A stretch of DNA of 58,707 nucleotides. It comes from an uncultured archaeon. Its GTDB lineage: Archaea; Aenigmatarchaeota; Aenigmatarchaeia; CG10238-14. Within the stretch, counting starts at the first letter, position 1, and each line of letters starts with the position of its first letter. This document shows, piece by piece, positions 34,638 to 43,800 of the stretch. Below the pieces are notes generated by a model that saw only the letters and a program-made list of their open reading frames with translations, ran no database searches and had not been told where the DNA came from. A program made the position numbers and the translations under genes. The stretch lies in assembly GCA_964601485.1 (NCBI GenBank), contig CAZRNP010000001.1, positions 1 through 58,707 of the forward strand. Direction: 5' to 3'.

Positions 34638-37600
34638 TTATTCTTGGATAGGTTCTTTGAGATATTTTTCCTTTAATTTTTCCCATTCATCTTCTAAACT
34701 GCGTTCCTTGCGTTTTTTTATAATCCAGAATGTACCTATTATGGTCAATATAATTATGATGATCGTTAAAATTATATAATGTGAAAAGGTGAGTGTTATA
34801 GCCAGTGGTACTGATACAGACTCTAAAGATTCAGCAAGTATTACCGGAGTAGAAGTGGTGTTTATAATGTCTTCATTTATTTTTCCTCTGACTGAATAAG
34901 TAATGATCTTCTCTTCTTCTGGGTTTAGACTTTTAAAAACAAACAGATACTCAGGATCTTTATTTAAAATAAACACTTCAGCTTCAGTATAAACTTCTAT
35001 AGAATCAGAACTGTTTGCAAAATTCTTAGGAATTGTGTCGTAGACTATCAAATTCTTTATTCTCTTATTACCATTGTAGTTTATCTTTAGACTCAGAACA
35101 GATTCATTCATATTTTGGTCTATTATCAATGTTCTGTTGATTTTGAATTGATGCTGAATTTTAAGCGTATTTTGTGAAAATAATTCTTTTATTGCTTCAG
35201 ATATTTCTTTACCGATTGCTAGATGTAAGCCTTGTTTCAACTCTTTATTCTTCTCAATCAAGTCTTTTATTTCACTCACAGTTCTAATAACAATCTCTTT
35301 AATAATTGAATGGATTATTCTACCCCTTTTATTCGGTATCGTAGTAGTCGTTGATGATGTTAACGATGTCGTGGTTGTAGTTTTTTTTCCACTCCCGCCA
35401 CCGCCTCCACCGCCGCCGTTACCATTTCCTCCTCCAGGAATAGTCGTAGTAGTAGTTTGACTGGTCATGATTAAATTATAAATATCAGAAACATTCCAAT
35501 TGTTTGAAGTATCGTTAGCAAAGAATTTCCATTGTAATAATGTATTTGATGTTGAATTCAAGACAGTGACATTCCAAGATGTGTTTGATTGACCAGAAAA
35601 ACTAATGAATGAAGAATTTACCCATGTTCCTGTGTTGTTCGTGCTGAAATAATAACCAGATAATTCTGAATTATCCTGCCAATCTAATGTAAAATTGACG
35701 GCAGTTCCAGCAGCAGTTCCGTTAGTTGCATTGTTAGAATAATTTGGTGGTATAGTGTCGATAGTGAAATAAACCATGTTTGATGTAGAACCATTCATGT
35801 TACCAGAAGTATCGTTGCAGTAGAATCTGACATTATTTCCACCTTCTGAAGGAATGGATAAATTCAAGTTATAATTACCAGTCGAGTTTGTCAGCGTCTG
35901 GTTTGCAGTCCCATTCAAACTGACTAGACACTTTGATCCAGTCTCATCCAATGTAATGTTTGCCCAAACCCATTTTTGAGAATATGTGGTATTTAAAGGA
36001 CTCTGGATCGTTACGATGGGTTGTATAGTATCTACAGTAAACGAAACGTTGTTCAGTGTAGAACCATTCATGTTACCAGAAGTATCGTTGCAGTAGAATC
36101 TGACATTATGGATACCTTGAGACAACCCAGTGAATTGATACCACCATTTTCCTGTAGTGTTTGTCATGGTATAATTGACACTACTTGAATCATTTTTTAC
36201 ACCACACCAAGAACCAGCTTCGTTCAGAGTAACATTGACCCAAACTGAAGAGGTAGAATATGTTTGATTCAATGGGCTTTGTATCGTGATGATTGGTGGT
36301 GTTCCGTCAGAAGTAATTAAGGTAAATGGATTATCACATGAAGTCCCATTCCAGTTGTTTGAAGTATCGTTAGCATAAACACACCATCTTATAGTGCAAC
36401 CTACTGTTGAATTGATTGTCTTTGTCACGTTAGACCATGTTCCACTAAAAGCAATAGCAGAATCGTTTGCTAAAGTTCCTGTACAGTTATCGAAGCTGAA
36501 AATATAACTCGACAAAGCAACATTATCAGTCCAGTTCAGATTATGACGAATAGGAGTTCCTGCTAAGGCTGAGTTTGTTGAGTTTAAAGAGTAAGTCGGT
36601 GGCGTATTATCTACAACTGTAATATAATAAGTTGCACCTGTAGCATTAGAAGTATAGTTTGTATTATCTGTTATGTTTCCACTATAATTATGTAGACCGA
36701 GAGATAAAGTAGTTGTTCTCGGGTTTGCAACATCAACATTATCCTCTTTAAGATAAGCTGTTCCTGATTGAGAATATATTGCTGTTACATTAGCTGTGGT
36801 TGAACCGTAAGTTGTAGTTATGTTTTGGTTTGCATAAGTTCCTGTTGAATTTATGAAATAAATGTTAATCGGATTTGTCTGGTTCTGATTAACAAAAACA
36901 TAATAATTTGTACTGTTTGAACTGTAGTTTTGGTTTCCTGTACTGTTCAATGTTATTTTGTAAACACCAACACCACGAACTATATTGGTGTTATTTTGAG
37001 TCGTTGTTGAATCATTCAAAAATATACCACAAGTTCCACCACCTGAACAAATACCAGTAAAATTAGTCGATTGTGGATAAATTACACTCATGTTTTGATT
37101 TAGATATTCTGTAGTGTTCCTGAAATACAAGTTCATCACATTTGATGCATTGTTTACAATCAAATACAACGTTGAATTTGATGCTGACGTATAGTTCGTA
37201 TTACCAGAAGTGTTATAAATAACTGGATAAATTCCTCCTCCTTCATTCGCTGTTATTACTGCAGGATTTCCAGATGCAGTCCTTCCAGAAACATACAGAT
37301 TAAACGTTGGAGATGTCAAAGTTGTTGTTGAGTTACCACGAACTTCTATTGAAAAAGGATAAGTCCCAGTGTAATTACTCGAAACATTATTTATATACGT
37401 TATCACGTTTGGAGTAACCTGATTTACAGTTCTATATTGATTCAACAAATAAGTCGAAGTATAGTTCTGTGTTGCAGTATAATTACAGGTATAATTGTAG
37501 ACTCCTGCTCCTAACGTAATAGATGTCTCGTTTATAGTTGCTGTAGAACCAGTAGCAACCTGAGTTCCATTTCTTAATAGAGTTATCACTCCAGATGAAT

Positions 37601-40600
37601 CACCTATCACTTTTTCACAGCCTGTTTGAGTAGACGTTCCATAATTTACTGATGTAAGTGATGCTATAGATAAAGACGGTGAAGAAGCATTTATCGTTAA
37701 ATTAAACTGCTTAGTCCCAGAAGTATAGTTCTCATTCCCTGCAGTATAGTAGGTATAATTGTAAAAACCTGCACCTAATTGAACCACTTCCGATTGCGGA
37801 TTTCCTGTTCCTATTGATGTTCCATTTTTATAGAGAGTAAACGTTATTGTTTGTCCATTGAAACCTGTGTTCCATCCTGTAGCATTAGACACAGACAGAA
37901 AGTTATACACCTTGTTACTTTCTGTTCCATTAATTGTTAAATTCATGAAATTGACAGTCGAGGTATTTATGTTCACGATATAAGTCCAAGTATCAGTTAC
38001 ATTCCAATTATTTGATGTATCATTTCCAAAACTTCTCCATAAATAAGTTCCAACTTTTGGTATTTTCATATCCAAATTATAATAACATTCATTACCTGAT
38101 TTAGTCATAGATATATTAGACATAGTTGCAGTTCCAGTAGTGAAATTCTGCTCTATAAGACATGTATTAAAACCAGTCTCATCTGTCCAAGTAACATTAA
38201 ATTGACTTGTTCCATTTCCATACATATTCTGATTTACTGGACTTGTTTTATTGTTAGACCAAGTTGGTGATGTATTGTCTGGTGTTGTGGTATAAGAAAA
38301 AGGATTGGCACATGAAGTCCCATTCCAGTTGTTTGATGTATCATTGACATAAAAGTACCATGCGACTACTGTTCCTATAGTTGAATTCAAAACAGTGACA
38401 TTCCATGCAGTGTTGGATGTTCCAGAAAAACTAACGAGAGAGGCATTAGTCCAAATCCCTGAATTGTTTGTAGAAAAGATGTAACCAGATAGTCCAACGT
38501 TATCTTGCCAGTCTAGAGTGAAGTTGCATGGCTGCCCTGCAATAGTTGTATTAGTTTGATTGTTGGAATAAGTTGGTGCTTTAGTATCATTGTATATGAA
38601 AATTTCATGTTCTGAACCCAATGACAAGGATAAGTTTATCTCTCCGTTTGATTGGGAAACATTGCAATTAGCGTTATCGCACAATTGATCATCAAAATAA
38701 ATATTGTATATTAATGCTGAGTCAGGCATCTGAACTGTTATGTTAGTATTGCCAACGCCTTCCAGAGTTATGTTAGCCTGATTCGTATCAGAAGGAGGAG
38801 AGGTTGCTGATAATACATTTATCTCTTTATTGGTAATCGATTTTATTTGTGGCGTATCGGTATAATTGTAAGTTATATTAACGTATGATGGATTTGTTGC
38901 ATCTGTCGTCCAGTAAGGCATGCCACCTATTAATTTTACAGTAAACCAATACCAAGATTTTACGTAATCCATAGTCCAATTTACAGTAAAATTTTTGGTA
39001 GTATTGGTATATACACTACTGGAAGTGATGTTTTTAAAGTCATCATAATTTGTATTATCATAGGTAGCATACCTTTGAATAGCCAAAATGGGTGTGCCGC
39101 CTGCTTTATACCTTATAAAAATGGTTATATTTCTAATAACCCCAAATGGTATTGACGGAATTTCATCTACAGCGTGTTGTACCCAATAGGTACAGAAGGC
39201 GCTCTCCGAAGTAGTAGGTAAGGTAAGCAATAATGAGGATGAGTCAGTACCTGATGGTTGAAAATGCGTTGGACCGATATATCTATAATAATATTGAGTT
39301 GTTTTATTCGTCACGTTAACGAGATAAATGTATTTTGTCTTTATTTCATTGTTTTCATCAAAAGTTATATGGGGTATCAACGAATACATGCCCGATCTAG
39401 ATACAGTAAAATTTCCTGTTATAAGATTTCCTGTTTTTGAAGCAGTGACAGGCTCACTGGGTCTTGTTGTTATATCATAAGTAAAATTTGAACATGCTGT
39501 GTTATTAGGATAGAAAACAGAGATATTAAAGGTTACTAAATCGTTTATCGTTTTTTCCCTATCTCCTGAAATTACCAACATATTAGTTTTAACGTTATAT
39601 AGAAATCTGTTGTATGAATAATTGTTTGTTAAGCTGTCAGACACGTCTAGAATATTGTTACTTATAATATTGTTAAAAATAATGTTTTGAGCGGAAGATT
39701 CTAATTTTAAACCAAAGTAACTAGTATTTATTGTATTGTTAAAAAATGCGTTATTTTTAGCACCTTCTGAGAAATAAACAGATTGAAAATTGTTTTGAAA
39801 ATTGTTGTAGGAAATTGTGTTATTTGGTGTATTAACATACAAGCCACAATAATAATAATTAATATTGAAGGTAGTTGAATCACGAATTTCGTTATTTTTT
39901 ATCGTATTACCAAAATATGCATCATAAAATGTTCCAGCAAGGAATATGCCATAGTTGTTTGAAGTGAATGTGTTGTTTGAGATTGTATTGTTGTCGCTAT
40001 GCATATACGGTAGTATGCCATAGTTATTTGAAGTGAATGTGTTGTTTGAGATTGTATTGTTGTCGCTATATTCAATATAATTAGCAGCATATTCGTTTGA
40101 AGTGAATGTGTTGTTTGAGATTGTATTGTTGTCGCTATTATAGAGGTAAACACCGCTATAATAATTCTCTATTGTACATCCTTTTAATGTAGATGTACTA
40201 AACCCGTTAACCGTAATACCTTTTCCATAATCAGTACCATTCAAGATAGTATTGTTACATTCTAATACGACATTTGGTGCGTTAATTATTATTACTCCAT
40301 TATTATCAGTATCATTTATGTTATAAGTGCCAGGACAAAGAGTTACATCATAATTTATATAAAGATTGTTTATTGGGATTTCACATGTCGTAACAAAACT
40401 TTGAATATCAGTAGAATTCCAGTTGTTAGACGTATCATTGACTGTGACATTCCATCTTATCGTACATCCTACTGTAGAGTTAATGACTTTAGTTACATTA
40501 CTCCATTGAGGGGAAGTTTGACCTGAAAAACTTTGCCATGGATCTTCTTGCCATGTTCCGGTACAGTTGTCAAACTTAAAAATATATCCAGATAGACCAG

Positions 40601-40775
40601 TATCGTCAGACCAATTAACACTGAACAAAACTAGTTTTCCTGCTGAAGTAGAATTGGTTTGGTTGTTTGAATATGTTGGTGTAGCTTGAATCGGAGATGC
40701 AAGTATGAATAAAAAGGAGATCATTCCAACCGCGAGAATAAAGATTTTTTTCATATAATTTTTTTTATGTTTCAA
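34638..40775 (-). CDS. Giant surface protein (2045 aa): signal peptide, five copies of a ~100-aa module, parallel beta-helix (PbH1) repeats, Ig-like region, Gly/Thr stalk, C-terminal TM anchor
   Basis: Module consensus: PTYSNNxTN..AG....F.L.W.DN.GLSGYIFS...W.NVT..NST.G....W..(Y/F).NDTSNNWN. PbH1 repeats NNTISNNTFTSNNYG at aa ~135-400. Stalk: GGGNGNGGGGGGGSGKKTTTTT. TM helix: IILTIIIIILTIIGTFWII. Confidence 0.85.
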   Translation of the reverse strand: MKHKKNYMKKIFILAVGMISFLFILASPIQATPTYSNNQTNSTSAGKLVLFSVNWSDDTGLSGYIFKFDNCTGTWQEDPWQSFSGQTSPQWSNVTKVINSTVGCTIRWNVTVNDTSNNWNSTDIQSFVTTCEIPINNLYINYDVTLCPGTYNINDTDNNGVIIINAPNVVLECNNTILNGTDYGKGITVNGFSTSTLKGCTIENYYSGVYLYNSDNNTISNNTFTSNEYAANYIEYSDNNTISNNTFTSNNYGILPYMHSDNNTISNNTFTSNNYGIFLAGTFYDAYFGNTIKNNEIRDSTTFNINYYYCGLYVNTPNNTISYNNFQNNFQSVYFSEGAKNNAFFNNTINTSYFGLKLESSAQNIIFNNIISNNILDVSDSLTNNYSYNRFLYNVKTNMLVISGDREKTINDLVTFNISVFYPNNTACSNFTYDITTRPSEPVTASKTGNLITGNFTVSRSGMYSLIPHITFDENNEIKTKYIYLVNVTNKTTQYYYRYIGPTHFQPSGTDSSSLLLTLPTTSESAFCTYWVQHAVDEIPSIPFGVIRNITIFIRYKAGGTPILAIQRYATYDNTNYDDFKNITSSSVYTNTTKNFTVNWTMDYVKSWYWFTVKLIGGMPYWTTDATNPSYVNITYNYTDTPQIKSITNKEINVLSATSPPSDTNQANITLEGVGNTNITVQMPDSALIYNIYFDDQLCDNANCNVSQSNGEINLSLSLGSEHEIFIYNDTKAPTYSNNQTNTTIAGQPCNFTLDWQDNVGLSGYIFSTNNSGIWTNASLVSFSGTSNTAWNVTVLNSTIGTVVAWYFYVNDTSNNWNGTSCANPFSYTTTPDNTSPTWSNNKTSPVNQNMYGNGTSQFNVTWTDETGFNTCLIEQNFTTGTATMSNISMTKSGNECYYNLDMKIPKVGTYLWRSFGNDTSNNWNVTDTWTYIVNINTSTVNFMNLTINGTESNKVYNFLSVSNATGWNTGFNGQTITFTLYKNGTSIGTGNPQSEVVQLGAGFYNYTYYTAGNENYTSGTKQFNLTINASSPSLSIASLTSVNYGTSTQTGCEKVIGDSSGVITLLRNGTQVATGSTATINETSITLGAGVYNYTCNYTATQNYTSTYLLNQYRTVNQVTPNVITYINNVSSNYTGTYPFSIEVRGNSTTTLTSPTFNLYVSGRTASGNPAVITANEGGGIYPVIYNTSGNTNYTSASNSTLYLIVNNASNVMNLYFRNTTEYLNQNMSVIYPQSTNFTGICSGGGTCGIFLNDSTTTQNNTNIVRGVGVYKITLNSTGNQNYSSNSTNYYVFVNQNQTNPINIYFINSTGTYANQNITTTYGSTTANVTAIYSQSGTAYLKEDNVDVANPRTTTLSLGLHNYSGNITDNTNYTSNATGATYYITVVDNTPPTYSLNSTNSALAGTPIRHNLNWTDNVALSSYIFSFDNCTGTLANDSAIAFSGTWSNVTKTINSTVGCTIRWCVYANDTSNNWNGTSCDNPFTLITSDGTPPIITIQSPLNQTYSTSSVWVNVTLNEAGSWCGVKNDSSSVNYTMTNTTGKWWYQFTGLSQGIHNVRFYCNDTSGNMNGSTLNNVSFTVDTIQPIVTIQSPLNTTYSQKWVWANITLDETGSKCLVSLNGTANQTLTNSTGNYNLNLSIPSEGGNNVRFYCNDTSGNMNGSTSNMVYFTIDTIPPNYSNNATNGTAAGTAVNFTLDWQDNSELSGYYFSTNNTGTWVNSSFISFSGQSNTSWNVTVLNSTSNTLLQWKFFANDTSNNWNVSDIYNLIMTSQTTTTTIPGGGNGNGGGGGGGGSGKKTTTTTSLTSSTTTTIPNKRGRIIHSIIKEIVIRTVSEIKDLIEKNKELKQGLHLAIGKEISEAIKELFSQNTLKIQHQFKINRTLIIDQNMNESVLSLKINYNGNKRIKNLIVYDTIPKNFANSSDSIEVYTEAEVFILNKDPEYLFVFKSLNPEEEKIITYSVRGKINEDIINTTSTPVILAESLESVSVPLAITLTFSHYIILTIIIIILTIIGTFWIIKKRKERSLEDEWEKLKEKYLKEPIQE
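39945..40138 (-). repeat. Three tandem 69-bp coding repeats with a 43-nt perfectly identical core
   Basis: tttgaagtgaatgtgttgtttgagattgtattgttgtcgctat occurs at 39958-40000, 40027-40069 and 40096-40138. It encodes SDNNTISNNTFTSN beta-helix turns. Confidence 0.95.
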
Positions 40776-40814
40776 GATGTTTATAATTTCTGTTTTTAGA
40801 AAATGGTCTTAAAT

Positions 40815-43800
40815 CTATTTTGCAGGATATTTTTGCAGTATTTCTCCTCTTTTGCCTGTGTTGTCTGAAACTAAGATTTGAATTGTGTATATCTTTCCAG
40901 AGGGTAAACAAAGATGAAGGTTTATGTTCCAATTTCCTGTGAAATTTGTTGTGTTAGTGTAATCAGTATCCAAGATGGATAATCTCACGCTACCAGAAGT
41001 TATTGCATTACCAGAATTAAGATCAATGGAGTATCCAGAGAGATAAATGTTCTGAACAGAACAATTTAAGCTAACAGTAACGGGGTTGTCTAGTTTCAGT
41101 TCATTGTATCCAAGTTTTTGATTATCGTCTATTATCACAGTTAAATATTGCAAGTTTCCAGTATCCATATTAAAATTGGTATACCATTCTCCGTTCGAAA
41201 CAGTGGAAGTTTCTTTATCAGCTGGGCTTTCAACAGGTATGACTGTCACGTTTCCGTTTACTCTTTCACCAGTGTAATAGTATAGAGCTATTCCATTGAT
41301 TCGAATGTTTGGAAGAGAAGCAATCTTTATTGTAGCAGCGCTCGTAGCGTTTGATGATACAGAAGACTCGGAAGAAATGAAGTTAACATCAATCTTCCAG
41401 TACGTGCTTATGTTACCAGTCGCGTTGACAACCCAAGTTAAGGTACAAGTCTCTCCATTAGACATTAATCCACACGATGATGGGTTTGAATAACCACTGG
41501 AAATATAACTATGATTCACTGATGTCCCAAAGCCTGTAGTCAAATTATACCCCTCTGTCCAAACTACAGAAATTTTATCGTTAGCATTAGATTCAGAAGT
41601 TATTGCAAAAGGGGAATTGAATGAAGTACCGAATGGTGTGGATGCTGAACTATCCCAGCCTGAATTAACATCGTATTTTTTATAGTATATTATGTTAGTC
41701 TTGTTCCAGAAAGCATACAGGTTTTTTCTGCTATCTACAGATATAGTCGGAGAAGCACGTCTTTGAGTCAAGCCTGTGTCAATCTGTGTTGCATCTGACC
41801 ATGAACCATTATACCTCCTGTAGTACAAGTTATTGCTGCTGTTGAGGTATAGAACATGAACGGTATCACTACTATCAACAGTTAATGAAATACCTTCAAA
41901 TTTATATTGGCTTATTTTAAAATCAAAATTTTGAGATTGTTGACTAGTCCAACCTGTTTGTGTTGAATAATTCGCCCAGAAAATGTTGCTGGAGTAATAA
42001 GTATTATACACAAACATTATGCCACCATTAGATGTTGGTAGAACACGTGTAGTGTCTTGATACCCACTTCCAGTTGCTGAACTGTTGTAAGTGGAAACCC
42101 AGGTTATTCCGTCAGTTGAATTAAAAACACTCCATTTCCATGCAGTAGTACCATCAGAATCCCAATCAACACCAGCAAACCAAACTCCTGTAGTGCTTCT
42201 TGTTATCGACATCGCTTGCAAAGCCCAGTTGATGTTCGAAGTGATAGTATTTATAGAACTCCATGTTATGCTAGTCCCACTTATCGTTCCATTGATGAAA
42301 AAATATTTCTTCGATGTATTGCTGAAACCAACAGCGACTGTATTTCCAAACCTATAAACATCAAAAAGAGTATTATCAAATCTTGGTATAAACCCAGATG
42401 AAGTCCAGCTTGTGCCGTCATAACTGTAAGAGTAATTTATTGTTTGTGAGTTGATATCATTATAAAAAACCCAGAATTTATTGCCATCGTAGAAGGTTTT
42501 ACGTTGAAAAGCAGAACCAGTATGTAGTGAAGTAGCAGTAACTACTGTACTATTTAGGCCAGTTATTCCCCCTGAAGAACTTACGATGTAGAAAGGTGTT
42601 GCTCCTACTGTTGTATTAATAGCAGTATCGGGATTGGCAGAAGAGGCGTTGTATCTAACAGTTCCGTTGACATTACCACACGGTCCATTCAAACATTCAA
42701 CACTCGCTTGAACAGAATAAGTGTTGTTTTGAGTCCATTTGCAAGGGTTTGATGCTGTACAAGTAGATGGGCTTGGGGTAGATAAAGTGACTAAGAGCCG
42801 AGGATAAGTTGTCGTATAACTGAATGGAGTTTGACAAGAAGTTCCGTTCCAATTGTTTGATGTATCGTTGGCATAGACACACCATGCTATGTTTGCTCCT
42901 GCTGTTGAGTTGACGACCTTAGTCACGTTAGACCAAGATGATGTTCCTGTCATCGATTGCCAAGTATCATTCGCCCAGCCTTGAGTTTCTTCGCTTCCCC
43001 ATATACTGTGTGCTGGCTCTAGACTAACAAATTTCCTTTCAAAAACCCAATCGAAATAAACTTTCCCATCCCAGCCCGTACTTAATCCAATCTTATTAGA
43101 TTGAAATGTTGGGCTTCCGGTTTTTTCACGGTCAACGGTAACTGGACCTTCTGCATGGAATTTATCTCGGTCACTTTGCACTCTAAAATAAGATGTGTAA
43201 TTACCAACTGATGGGTTTGTTGCAGAACCAAAGTCGCCATTACCATTAAGTGACATATAGATACCATAACCATAATACCAGCCAGCCGAATTATAATAAG
43301 CATCACCACTGTTTCCACATCCTAGAGAGTATGTTTGTGTACCATGGCTTGTAGAAACTTGGACAATTCTTAATTTGGCTCGTACTTCTTTACCACTTGT
43401 AACCCCATCAAGATTTTTAGTTCCTATGTAATTATATGCGTCCACTAATCCTTCTCCTAATTGAACTTCCGAACTTGCAACTGTTGGTGTTGGTCCAACT
43501 GTAACGTTCCAATAATTTGTATCTAGACTACTACCCTCAAAGTGATCGAAGAACATGAATGTTTTTGTACCGTTGCTTACATTAGTTGCAGCAGAGTTTC
43601 CATAATAAATATAAATGGTTTGATTAGTGCTAGTTAAGTTCCCATCAACCTGAACCCAGAATGTAGCATTCACACCGTTGTTTACAGTTTCCATCCAATA
43701 ATTCAATAAACTGCTAGTTGAATTTGTAAATCTAATGTCTCCGAAATCGCTTCTTGTTTTTGTATTTCCTGTGGAATTAATATAAACAACATTTCCACTA

